Source: an uncultured Planctomycetaceae bacterium (GTDB lineage Bacteria > Planctomycetota > UBA8742 > UBA2392). From it: a DNA stretch of 64,000 nucleotides. Below the pieces are notes generated by a model, which saw nothing but the letters and a program-made list of their open reading frames with translations, made no database searches and was not told where the DNA came from. How positions within the stretch are numbered: the first letter of the stretch is position 1; each line of letters starts with the position of its first letter. The stretch lies in the NCBI GenBank assembly GCA_964652605.1, contig CAZZBH010000001.1:12670-76669 (forward strand). The letters are read 5' to 3'. The position numbers and the translations under genes were made by a program. Shown in pieces: positions 35,840 through 44,843 of this stretch.

Positions 35840-36201
35840 CGGTCACCTTCCGTGCACTCAACTTCTCTGGTCGCGATCGTGCGTCCGTTGATTCTCAGCA
35901 CCAGTTCCCATTGCCCGGCTTCCAGGGTAGGCCGCCAGAGCACTTGTGTTTGGCTTCGTAGTCTTTCGGCGAACTTAGGAATGCGTTCGCTTCCGATGCC
36001 AATCCACCAGCCGTGCTTCGAGCCGTCCAGTCTTCGGGCCTCACACTCAAGCATGGCGCCCGTGCTGAATTCCTCATCGTCGAGGTCAACATAGTCTACA
36101 ACTTCGGCATACACTGCGAACCGGCGGGTGTGGGCGAATCCGACCTGATCGAGCGACATCGTATTGTTGGCACCGCTGTGCGCGGTAATCAGGCTGGCCA
36201 T
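35836..36201 (-). CDS. small hypothetical protein (121 aa) embedded in the tldD-pmbA operon
   Basis: Starts 17 nt after the tldD stop and overlaps the next ORF by 4 nt. No known domain. Confidence 0.5.
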   Translation of the reverse strand: MASLITAHSGANNTMSLDQVGFAHTRRFAVYAEVVDYVDLDDEEFSTGAMLECEARRLDGSKHGWWIGIGSERIPKFAERLRSQTQVLWRPTLEAGQWELVLRINGRTIATREVECTEGDR

Positions 36202-36218
36202 GATCCGCCCCGCGTTGT

Positions 36219-37589
36219 CTAGCGCCCACCGATCACAACATCCTTGATGCGGATGTGCGGGCTGCCGTGGCTTACCGGCAGCGGGCTTTGGCCCGCCTTG
36301 CCGCAGCCGCCGGCGCTGTCATGCACCGCGTAGTCGCCGGCGATGCCGGTAATGTTTCGCAGCGTGTCAAATACGTTTCCTCCGATGGTCACGTCACGTA
36401 CGCGCTCGGCCAGCTTGCCATCGCGGATCATAAACGCCTGGCCCGCCGTGAACGTGAACAGCTCGCCGTTAGTCTGCCCGCCGTGGGCGTCAATCGCGTA
36501 GATGCCCAGCTTGACGTCCTTGACCAGGTCCTCCAGCGTGCCGTGGGGGCCCTTGTCGATGCACGTGTTGCGCATGCGCGGAATCGGCGGAAACTTGTAG
36601 CTGATCGCGCGTGCGTTGCCCGTCGGCTTTTCGTTCATGCGCCCGGCGGTCTCGCGGCTGTGCAGCCGTCCTGTCAACTCGCCATTTCGGATCAGCCAGG
36701 TCTTTTCGGTCGGCACGCCCTCGTCGTCGTAGGGCAGGTAGCCGCGCAGGCCGACATCCAGGCCGGTGTCATAGATATTGAGGTAATCTTCACCAAAGCG
36801 CCTGCCCAACTTAAGGATTTCCTGCATGCGCGGGTCTTCGGCGATGTTGTCGCCTTCACTGAGGTGCCCGAACGCCTCGTGCACAAACACGCCGGCAAGG
36901 TTTGGGTCACAGATCACGGTGTAGCTCCCGCCCTCAACCACGGGCGCGTCGGCGCTTTCAATGGCGGCCTGGGCCGCCTTGTCGATTTCAGCTTCCAGAC
37001 CGCGGAAGATCTCATAGTCGTTGCGTCCGCCCTGGCTGGCTGTACCGCGGGCCGTGGTGCCGTTCTTGCGGGCGAGTGCCGCTGCACCCATGCCCATGTC
37101 GATTTCTTCACGGTCAATCCACGTGCCTTCGGAGCTTGCGTAGCGGATGCGCGAGTACTTGTCGAAGTAGCGCGTGTTGGTGCTGGTCACGCCAGGCTTA
37201 TCCAGCATGCGCTGGTTGTAGCCGCCGAAAAGCCGGATCTTTTCCTCCAGCGGCACTTCGCGCGGGTCGGCCTTGAGTTCAAGCTTGACCTCGGCCTGGA
37301 CCGGCTCAATGCCGGCGAGCACGCTCTTCTGCCCGGACTGGCGGGCGGCACGGGCGTTGGCCACGGCTTCGCCCACGCGGCGCTCAAGCTCGTCGGCGTT
37401 GTTGAAGGTCACGAACCCCCAGCAGCCATCGACGCAGGCGCGCACGTTGCCGCCGTAAATGCGGGATTCCTGGACGTTCTCAAGCTCGGGGCCCTGGAAG
37501 GTCAGGCTGGTCTGCGCGCTGTCTTCAATGCGGATTTCACAGAAGTCGGCGCCGGACTTCCTGGCCAGCGCAATCATCTCTTCCTTCAT
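36219..37589 (-). CDS. tldD: TldD metalloprotease
   Basis: 456 aa with the HEAFGHLSEGD zinc motif (HExxxH), GNARA, and the C-terminal GGCGKAGQ motif typical of TldD. Confidence 0.9.
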   Translation of the reverse strand: MKEEMIALARKSGADFCEIRIEDSAQTSLTFQGPELENVQESRIYGGNVRACVDGCWGFVTFNNADELERRVGEAVANARAARQSGQKSVLAGIEPVQAEVKLELKADPREVPLEEKIRLFGGYNQRMLDKPGVTSTNTRYFDKYSRIRYASSEGTWIDREEIDMGMGAAALARKNGTTARGTASQGGRNDYEIFRGLEAEIDKAAQAAIESADAPVVEGGSYTVICDPNLAGVFVHEAFGHLSEGDNIAEDPRMQEILKLGRRFGEDYLNIYDTGLDVGLRGYLPYDDEGVPTEKTWLIRNGELTGRLHSRETAGRMNEKPTGNARAISYKFPPIPRMRNTCIDKGPHGTLEDLVKDVKLGIYAIDAHGGQTNGELFTFTAGQAFMIRDGKLAERVRDVTIGGNVFDTLRNITGIAGDYAVHDSAGGCGKAGQSPLPVSHGSPHIRIKDVVIGGR

Positions 37590-37847
37590 CGCTTCTCCCC
37601 GGGGGCATCGTTGCCCTTTGTTTCGTGAACATGCTTACACCGTGAACAACGTTTGCAACCGCCGGAGATTTCCCGCCGATGGCCAGGATCGCGATGATTC
37701 TGGCCGGAGCGCCGCCAAGCCGCAGTTGTGGGCACTCGCTGCGGCCAAGCGCAATGTCAGCCAGCGGCGGACGGGGAACGAATTCAAGCCGAATCACACT
37801 AAGCATCGCCCGGGTGCCTGTCAGACTGCCGCCGGGCGCGGGGGGCC

Positions 37848-40800
37848 TCACTCGGCGATGAATGTCAGTTCCATCTCAATCTTCTTGCCCGGCGCGAACT
37901 GCACCGGCACCGAAAGCTCCGCGTAACCCGCCAGCTTGATGCGCAGCTCGGTCACGCTCTCGCCAATATATCCGGCTGCCAGCGTTGGCCGCTCAGCCGG
38001 TGCGCCGGTGCCCCAGGCGTCCATCAAGCCCTTGGTGACGGGCACTACCCTGCCCTGTGCGTCCATGTAGCGCACGACGGCTTTGTCCAGCATGGCTTGC
38101 GTGATCTCGACGTTGCTGCAGGTGGCTTGAAGCTCGGCGGCGGCCGTGAGTTCGACTTCAACTTCCGCGCGCGCGCCCTTGGTGACTTGCACGCCGGATC
38201 GCGTCACCGGCAGAAAGCCCGAGGCGCTGATCTCGACCGTGTAAGTCCCTGGTAGCAGGTTCGAGACAGTCGTGCCGCCGGCCTCCTGCGCCATGAACCA
38301 GCCGCCATTTTGCTCAGTCTGCACCACGAGCGCGCCGTCAGCGTCCTTCAACTGCACCATGCCGAACCCGTTGCCGCTGACCGCGGTGCCGGTGATTTTG
38401 CTGATACGTACCCGCAGCGCGCCGGCGTTTTCTTCTATGGCCAGGCTCAACCCTTCCAGATTCGCGTTGGAGACCTGGATCGTGCGGCGGGCCGTGCCCA
38501 CGCCGTCAAGCACGGCGGTGATAGTGAACTTGCCATCACAGATGCCTTCCAGGCGGAATGCGCCCGCGGCGTCACAGGTCGTGCGCGACGCCATGTAGTG
38601 GCCGAAGTTATCGTCGGTGTCGGCGCGCTGCAGTGTGATGTTGACCGCGGCGTTCTGCAGCGCCGAGTTTTCGGGCGTAGTCACCGTGCCGCTGACGGCA
38701 AAGGCCGCGAAGTCGCGCGTGACCTCAACCTCGCCCGGCTCGGTCAAATCCAGCGAGACCATGCCGCCCAGCGACATGCTGTCGGGGCTGGCGTACAGGT
38801 TGTAGCGCCCGGGAGTGATGTTCGAGAATTCGTAGTGGCCCTCGCTGCACCTGGCGGTCTTGACGACACCGGACTGCTCGCCTTTGCCGATCAGTATGAC
38901 TTCCTTGAGCGTCGCCTTGCCGCCGACGGTCATACGCCCGTGCAGATAAACGTTGTCGCCCTCGCGCAGCTCGAGGCGGAACTCGACGTTCTGGGCCGGC
39001 TTGATTGTCACTGCTCGTCTGGTCATCAGGTCGGTGTCAAAGCTGCCCGTGTCGCGGGCGGTGCGGACAATCCACGTGCCTGAGGGCACGTCGCGGATTT
39101 CGGCGATTCCCAGTGAATCGGTGGTCGCAGAGTGGTCCCCCATCCGCATGTCGAACCCCCGGTTCAAGCCTACCCGCAGGTTGGCCACGGGACGGCCGTG
39201 CTCCGTGACTGTGATCTTGACGCTGCCGTTGGCCCCGAGCTGGATGTCGCCGGCGTCGAAAGCCGATTCATTTTCGACTGCAATGTTGTCCTTGAACCCG
39301 CCGTTTTCGCCACCGACTGAGCACAGCACAACGTAGGTGCCCGGCGCCACATTGCGAAGCGTAAAACGGCCGTCTTCGCCCGATCTGGCTCCTTCCATGG
39401 CCATGGACCACCCCGCCTGGCCGGGCATCATTTTCCACCAGGAGTATTGCTGCGTGCCGTGGGCGATGACAGCGGCGTTCGCGTTTGCTACCGGCTTGCC
39501 ATCGATGTCCACCACTCGGCCGAATATCGTTCCGCCCCGCAGCAGCTTGAGCGTCAAAGGCGCGCACGGAAACTTGAACGAGTGCTGAAGCGCCGAAAAG
39601 CCATCGGCCGTTACATCGGCAACCAGGTCGCCTTCCGGTACGACCGCTATCGCAAATCCGCCATTCTTGTCCGTGGTCGCGGTGCCCAGCGGGTCGCCCC
39701 GCGCACCAACTATGAACCCGGGATCGGCCGACTGGCGATCGATCCTTACCCTGGCGCCGGCAATGCCGTTGCCGCCTGCATCCACTACGCGGCCCGTCAA
39801 CGGATCGCCCAACTCCAGGCGAATCGTGCCGACATCAATCGTCTTGCCGCTTTCAACCGCTACATCCTTGAGTGTGGCAAGTCCATGCTCTTCGGAACGA
39901 ACGGTCAGGTCGTACGAGCCGGGCTGAATGCTGCTGATCCTGAAGCGACCATCCTCGCCACTTGTGGTTCCGTTGCTGCGCTCGCCCCATCCCTGCCGGT
40001 GCTGCGCAAGCTGAACTCTTGCGCTGGCGACCGGCTTGCCTTCGGCGCTGACAACACTTCCAACAATGCCTGCGCTTCGCGACAAGGGGATATCGCCGAG
40101 GTTGGTTTCGCCGCCCTTGCGGACGTCCGCCTGGCGGTTGCCGGTCCAGCCTTCGGGCTGTGCGTATCCTTCCGCCCTGACCTGCACCATGTAATTGCTG
40201 GCAGGCAGATCATTGACCGAGAAGTAGCCTTGGTCGTCGGTGAATGCAGTGCGGCTGATGCCGGCTGCCCCTTCGAAGTCCCAGAACGTCACTGTTGCGC
40301 CTGCGATACCGGCCCGCGTTGCCCCGTCAATCACGCGCCCCGACACAGCGGCAGGCACAGCCAGCAGCAACTCGACTTTCTGCTCTCCTTGCGCTCCCGG
40401 CCAGATCGGCTCGGATTCGGCAGCGGCATATCCGTTCAGGCGAGCCACCACGACAAACGTTGTGACGTCGAACGGGTCCTGATCCTGCTCGTCGTGGGCA
40501 GCAGGCACGTGCCAGGTTACCTTGACACGCAGGGTGAATTCGCCGTTGCCGTCCGAGGTCGTTTCGCCCGCAAAGGCAGGAGCAGGCCGGTTTCGCGCGG
40601 CCGGCTGTGTGTCGGACTCATCCAGCATGTACTTGAAGCTGCTCTCCCGCGCGCTGATCGCTGCGCCGGCGGCTGGTCGGTTGTCCTCGCGGTAGCGCAC
40701 CGTGCCGCTGATGGTGAAATCCCTGGTCGTGGCAACCCAGTCGGTGGCGGACTCTGCGGTCTCGGCGGCCGTTGCTTCTGCGTCCGGTGTTGCGCCGGTC

Positions 40801-41060
40801 TCGGGGTCCGCGGCTTTGACCTTGGCGGCTGTGGTTTCGTCGGTTGTGGTGTCCGGGGTTGTCTCTGTGGTCGCGGGCGTGCCTGCCTCGCCGACTGTCG
40901 GGTCGTCGGAGGGATCAGACGGATCGTCCTGCTCGACTTGGGCGATAGCTCCAGGCCGGTCTGGTGCGGGGTCGTCGCCCAGCAACCACCAGGCACCCAG
41001 GCCAAGGCCCCCCACGAGCAGCACAATCAGCAGAACAAGCGGCAGCTTTGAGTCGCGCAT
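37848..41060 (-). CDS. giant N-terminally anchored protein with many carboxypeptidase-regulatory-like (CarboxypepD_reg / Cna-B-like) beta-sandwich repeats
   Basis: N-terminal TM (LPLVLLIVLLVGGLGLGAWWLL), an acidic Thr/Pro-rich linker, then at least 8 repeats of the form (S/T)G(R/T)V(V/I)D..G.P(V/I)A.A.V. Confidence 0.65.
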   Translation of the reverse strand: MRDSKLPLVLLIVLLVGGLGLGAWWLLGDDPAPDRPGAIAQVEQDDPSDPSDDPTVGEAGTPATTETTPDTTTDETTAAKVKAADPETGATPDAEATAAETAESATDWVATTRDFTISGTVRYREDNRPAAGAAISARESSFKYMLDESDTQPAARNRPAPAFAGETTSDGNGEFTLRVKVTWHVPAAHDEQDQDPFDVTTFVVVARLNGYAAAESEPIWPGAQGEQKVELLLAVPAAVSGRVIDGATRAGIAGATVTFWDFEGAAGISRTAFTDDQGYFSVNDLPASNYMVQVRAEGYAQPEGWTGNRQADVRKGGETNLGDIPLSRSAGIVGSVVSAEGKPVASARVQLAQHRQGWGERSNGTTSGEDGRFRISSIQPGSYDLTVRSEEHGLATLKDVAVESGKTIDVGTIRLELGDPLTGRVVDAGGNGIAGARVRIDRQSADPGFIVGARGDPLGTATTDKNGGFAIAVVPEGDLVADVTADGFSALQHSFKFPCAPLTLKLLRGGTIFGRVVDIDGKPVANANAAVIAHGTQQYSWWKMMPGQAGWSMAMEGARSGEDGRFTLRNVAPGTYVVLCSVGGENGGFKDNIAVENESAFDAGDIQLGANGSVKITVTEHGRPVANLRVGLNRGFDMRMGDHSATTDSLGIAEIRDVPSGTWIVRTARDTGSFDTDLMTRRAVTIKPAQNVEFRLELREGDNVYLHGRMTVGGKATLKEVILIGKGEQSGVVKTARCSEGHYEFSNITPGRYNLYASPDSMSLGGMVSLDLTEPGEVEVTRDFAAFAVSGTVTTPENSALQNAAVNITLQRADTDDNFGHYMASRTTCDAAGAFRLEGICDGKFTITAVLDGVGTARRTIQVSNANLEGLSLAIEENAGALRVRISKITGTAVSGNGFGMVQLKDADGALVVQTEQNGGWFMAQEAGGTTVSNLLPGTYTVEISASGFLPVTRSGVQVTKGARAEVEVELTAAAELQATCSNVEITQAMLDKAVVRYMDAQGRVVPVTKGLMDAWGTGAPAERPTLAAGYIGESVTELRIKLAGYAELSVPVQFAPGKKIEMELTFIAE

Positions 41061-41147
41061 GACTCTCCCCCAATGCGTGAATCAGGACACACCGTCAGAC
41101 TGTAATACGGAAAATGCGCGCGGCTGTTGCAAACCGAGTGAGAATTT

Positions 41148-42383
41148 CTAACCGCGCGGGTTCAGGCGGTAAAAGTGCCGCTTGCCGACCTTGAGCACGC
41201 GCCCCGCCAGGGAGGCGGACAACAATTGCTCGTTGGGGTCAGCCAGTGGGGTTTCCGCGCCCGCGTCGCCGATCAGGCGCGCGCCGCCCTGCTGCACGAT
41301 GCGCCGGGCCTCGCTGCCTGAGACGCCATGGGCCTGCTTCACCAGCGCCCAAGCCGCCGTGCTGCCGTCCTTCAACTCAATCACGGCCTCAGGGATGTCA
41401 TCCGGCAGCTCGCCCTTGCTGAATGTGCCGAGAAACGCCTGCTTCGCGGCCTGCGCGGCTTCAGCGCCGTGCATTTCCTGCGTAATCAGCTGCGCCAGCG
41501 CCAGCTTGGCGTCGCGGGGGTGGGTGTTGTCCGGGTTGCACAGGGTGGCTACACGCTCAGGCATTTCGCGTGTGAGGTGTGTGTACCAGCTCTCCATCAG
41601 CGCGTCGGGGATGCTCATCACCTTGCCGAACATGTCGTTCGGCTCAAGCGTTACGCCGATCGCGTTGCCGAGGCTCTTGGACATCTTCTGCTCGCCGTCG
41701 AGGCCGGCAATGATCGGGCCGGTGATGCAGATCTGTGGCGGCTGACCCTCCTGCTCCTGCAACCTGCGGCCCACCAGCAGGTTGAACAGCTGGTCGGTGC
41801 CGCCGAGTTCGACGTCGGCGCGCACCATCACGCTGTCCCAGCCCTGCATCAGCGGGTACAGAAACTCGTGGATGCTGATCGGGACCTCGTCGCGAAAGCG
41901 CTTGGTGAAGTCGTCGCGCTCCAGCATTCGTGCCACAGTGCTGCGCGAGCACAGCTTGAGCACGTCCAGAAACGACATCTGCGAAAACCACTGGCCGTTG
42001 CGCACAATCTCGGCTTTGTCGAGGTCGAGTACCTTGCCCGCCTGCTGCATGTAGGTCCGGGCGTTGTGATCGACCTGCTCGGGCGACAACTGCGGGCGCG
42101 TCTTGTTGCGGCCGCTGGGGTCGCCGACCATGGCGGTATAGTCGCCGATGATCAGCACAGCCGTATGCCCGTGCCGTTGAAATGCCCGAAGGCGTCGCAG
42201 CGGGACGGTGAAGCCCAGGTGAATATCGGGGCTGCTGGGGTCAATGCCAAGCTTCACGCGCAAAGGCTGTCCGGTTGTGGCCGATTTGCGCAGCCGCTCA
42301 CGCAGCTCCTGCTCGTGGATGACATCCACCGCCCCGCGCAGCAGGTCTTTGAGCTGATCGTCAATCGGCGCGAAGTGGGCCAT
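41148..42383 (-). CDS. tyrS: tyrosyl-tRNA synthetase
   Basis: HIGH-like DIHLGF, the GDYTAMVGDPSG pattern, the KMSKSLGN loop and a C-terminal S4-like domain. It is intact even though its 5' 447 nt lie inside the tandem duplication. Confidence 0.92.
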   Translation of the reverse strand: MAHFAPIDDQLKDLLRGAVDVIHEQELRERLRKSATTGQPLRVKLGIDPSSPDIHLGFTVPLRRLRAFQRHGHTAVLIIGDYTAMVGDPSGRNKTRPQLSPEQVDHNARTYMQQAGKVLDLDKAEIVRNGQWFSQMSFLDVLKLCSRSTVARMLERDDFTKRFRDEVPISIHEFLYPLMQGWDSVMVRADVELGGTDQLFNLLVGRRLQEQEGQPPQICITGPIIAGLDGEQKMSKSLGNAIGVTLEPNDMFGKVMSIPDALMESWYTHLTREMPERVATLCNPDNTHPRDAKLALAQLITQEMHGAEAAQAAKQAFLGTFSKGELPDDIPEAVIELKDGSTAAWALVKQAHGVSGSEARRIVQQGGARLIGDAGAETPLADPNEQLLSASLAGRVLKVGKRHFYRLNPRG

Positions 42384-42386
42384 GCT

Positions 42387-42460
42387 GTTCGGTGTTCCGG
42401 GTTCGGTGTTCGGAGTTTTGTGGCGTCGCAGTTAACACCGAACGTCGAGCACCGAACAAC
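42387..42460. repeat. intergenic hairpin with heptamer-periodic arms (second copy at 43891-43964)
   Basis: Left arm TTCGGTG TTCCGGG TTCGGTG TTCGGAG. Right arm CACCGAAC..GCACCGAAC. It lies between the H1-like gene stop and the tyrS start. Confidence 0.8.
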
Positions 42461-42463
42461 GCA

Positions 42464-43156
42464 CTACTCGTCGCCTTCTTCGCCGACTTCGTCGAACAGC
42501 GGGTCGTAGTCTTCCAGCTCATCTTCGTCATCGAACAGGCGGCCCGCGGTGCTGGGCTTGGGCGCGTCGCCTGTGCGCTTGAAGGGCTCAACGGCCGCCT
42601 GGCGCATGGTTTCATAGTCGTCCACGTCCACGGGCTCGTTGTCGAATGTGCCTGTGGCGGGCTTGGCGGTTGCCGCCACGGCCTGTTGCTTTTCGGCGGG
42701 CTTGTCAGCCGATTTCTTTGCGGTTGTCTTGCTGGGCACTGGATTCTTCTTCCCTGATGCGCGAGAGGTCTGCTTTGCGGGTTTGGCCGCCTTGCCAGCC
42801 GGCTTCTTTGCTGCCTTGCGTGCGTCCTTGTTTGCGGTCTTGCTGGATTTCTTGCCGGCAGCCCCGGAGCGGCTTGGCTTGGGCGATTTGCGGGCTGCCT
42901 TCCTGGCCGTCTTGCCGGATGGTTTGCTTGCCACCCTTTTCGTGGTCTTTTTCAGTGCCTTTTTCGGTGCCTTTTTCGCAGATTTTGCAGCGGACTTCTT
43001 CACGGCGGCCTGCTTGCCAGCTTTCTTGGCAGCTTTCTTGGCAGCTTTCTTGCCAGCTTTCTTGGCAGCTTTCTTCACGACCTTCTTCGTGACCTTCCTT
43101 GCTGATTTGCCGCGGGTGCCCGCCCGGGCCTTCTTTGCCTTCGTCTTGCCCGCCAT
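42464..43156 (-). CDS. histone-H1-like Lys/Ala-rich basic protein with an acidic C-terminal tail (copy 1)
   Basis: 230 aa from the ATG at 43156. A long (A/K)KKA(A/G)KK tract is followed by the acidic end DDEDELEDYDPLFDEVGEEGDE. Confidence 0.7.
   Translation of the reverse strand: MAGKTKAKKARAGTRGKSARKVTKKVVKKAAKKAGKKAAKKAAKKAGKQAAVKKSAAKSAKKAPKKALKKTTKRVASKPSGKTARKAARKSPKPSRSGAAGKKSSKTANKDARKAAKKPAGKAAKPAKQTSRASGKKNPVPSKTTAKKSADKPAEKQQAVAATAKPATGTFDNEPVDVDDYETMRQAAVEPFKRTGDAPKPSTAGRLFDDEDELEDYDPLFDEVGEEGDE
43017..43076. repeat. 5 x 12-bp tandem repeat inside the H1-like gene (also at 44521-44580)
   Basis: (C/G)CAGCTTTCTTG occurs five times, encoding KKAAKKAGKKAAKKAAKKAGK. Confidence 0.9.
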
Positions 43157-43339
43157 CGAGACCTCCGTGGAAACTGCACCCACTCGCCCGCACCACGCCA
43201 ATACAAACCCGCAGGTCTGTGTCAAGCCGGATGTTCCATTCGGGCAGACGGCACCGCCTGCCGCCGGTCAATTCTCCACGCTCTCTAACATCCGCTCGAC
43301 ACGCGTTGTTGTTGTCGCGGTTGCGCCTACACTCGACCC

Positions 43340-43440
43340 ATGCCGATCCGCCTGCTGCCGCCTGAAATCGCCAACAAAATCGCCGCCGGCGAGGTGGTTG
43401 AGCGGCCAGCCAGCGTGGTCAAAGAGCTGGTAGAAAACGC
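43340..43440 (+). pseudogene. truncated mutL 5' fragment (first 33 codons) at the duplication junction
   Basis: [33 protein letters not shown] is identical to the start of intact mutL at 44844. It then reads into antisense tyrS sequence. Confidence 0.85.
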
Positions 43441-43887
43441 AGTGCTGCGCGAGCACAGCTTGAGCACGTCCAGAAACGACATCTGCGAAAACCACTGGCC
43501 GTTGCGCACAATCTCGGCTTTGTCGAGGTCGAGTACCTTGCCCGCCTGCTGCATGTAGGTCCGGGCGTTGTGATCGACCTGCTCGGGCGACAACTGCGGG
43601 CGCGTCTTGTTGCGGCCGCTGGGGTCGCCGACCATGGCGGTATAGTCGCCGATGATCAGCACAGCCGTATGCCCGTGCCGTTGAAATGCCCGAAGGCGTC
43701 GCAGCGGGACGGTGAAGCCCAGGTGAATATCGGGGCTGCTGGGGTCAATGCCAAGCTTCACGCGCAAAGGCTGTCCGGTTGTGGCCGATTTGCGCAGCCG
43801 CTCACGCAGCTCCTGCTCGTGGATGACATCCACCGCCCCGCGCAGCAGGTCTTTGAGCTGATCGTCAATCGGCGCGAAGTGGGCCAT
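43441..43887 (-). pseudogene. truncated tyrS 5' fragment (first about 148 codons) at the duplication junction
   Basis: ORF 43327..43887 is identical to TyrRS residues 1-148, then continues out of context through antisense mutL. Confidence 0.85.
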
Positions 43888-43967
43888 GCTGTTCGGTGTT
43901 CCGGGTTCGGTGTTCGGAGTTTTGTGGCGTCGCAGTTAACACCGAACGTCGAGCACCGAACAACGCA

Positions 43968-44660
43968 CTACTCGTCGCCTTCTTCGCCGACTTCGTCGAA
44001 CAGCGGGTCGTAGTCTTCCAGCTCATCTTCGTCATCGAACAGGCGGCCCGCGGTGCTGGGCTTGGGCGCGTCGCCTGTGCGCTTGAAGGGCTCAACGGCC
44101 GCCTGGCGCATGGTTTCATAGTCGTCCACGTCCACGGGCTCGTTGTCGAATGTGCCTGTGGCGGGCTTGGCGGTTGCCGCCACGGCCTGTTGCTTTTCGG
44201 CGGGCTTGTCAGCCGATTTCTTTGCGGTTGTCTTGCTGGGCACTGGATTCTTCTTCCCTGATGCGCGAGAGGTCTGCTTTGCGGGTTTGGCCGCCTTGCC
44301 AGCCGGCTTCTTTGCTGCCTTGCGTGCGTCCTTGTTTGCGGTCTTGCTGGATTTCTTGCCGGCAGCCCCGGAGCGGCTTGGCTTGGGCGATTTGCGGGCT
44401 GCCTTCCTGGCCGTCTTGCCGGATGGTTTGCTTGCCACCCTTTTCGTGGTCTTTTTCAGTGCCTTTTTCGGTGCCTTTTTCGCAGATTTTGCAGCGGACT
44501 TCTTCACGGCGGCCTGCTTGCCAGCTTTCTTGGCAGCTTTCTTGGCAGCTTTCTTGCCAGCTTTCTTGGCAGCTTTCTTCACGACCTTCTTCGTGACCTT
44601 CCTTGCTGATTTGCCGCGGGTGCCCGCCCGGGCCTTCTTTGCCTTCGTCTTGCCCGCCAT
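43968..44660 (-). CDS. histone-H1-like Lys/Ala-rich basic protein (copy 2, identical)
   Basis: Translation identical to 42464..43156, lying inside the second duplication unit. Confidence 0.7.
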   Translation of the reverse strand: MAGKTKAKKARAGTRGKSARKVTKKVVKKAAKKAGKKAAKKAAKKAGKQAAVKKSAAKSAKKAPKKALKKTTKRVASKPSGKTARKAARKSPKPSRSGAAGKKSSKTANKDARKAAKKPAGKAAKPAKQTSRASGKKNPVPSKTTAKKSADKPAEKQQAVAATAKPATGTFDNEPVDVDDYETMRQAAVEPFKRTGDAPKPSTAGRLFDDEDELEDYDPLFDEVGEEGDE

Positions 44661-44843
44661 CGAGACCTCCGTGGAAACTGCACCCACTCGCCCGCACCAC
44701 GCCAATACAAACCCGCAGGTCTGTGTCAAGCCGGATGTTCCATTCGGGCAGACGGCACCGCCTGCCGCCGGTCAATTCTCCACGCTCTCTAACATCCGCT
44801 CGACACGCGTTGTTGTTGTCGCGGTTGCGCCTACACTCGACCC

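Noticed and set aside
36255-37628. 457-aa ORF on the plus strand
   Set aside because: It lies entirely antisense to tldD, whose product carries clear family motifs. Its translation is Ala/Arg/Gly/Val-rich with no motifs, which is typical of a spurious open frame in high-GC DNA.
43327-43887. 186-aa ORF that looks like an independent gene
   Set aside because: It is a chimera created by the tandem duplication: TyrRS residues 1-148 fused to antisense mutL sequence. It was annotated as a pseudogene fragment rather than a CDS.
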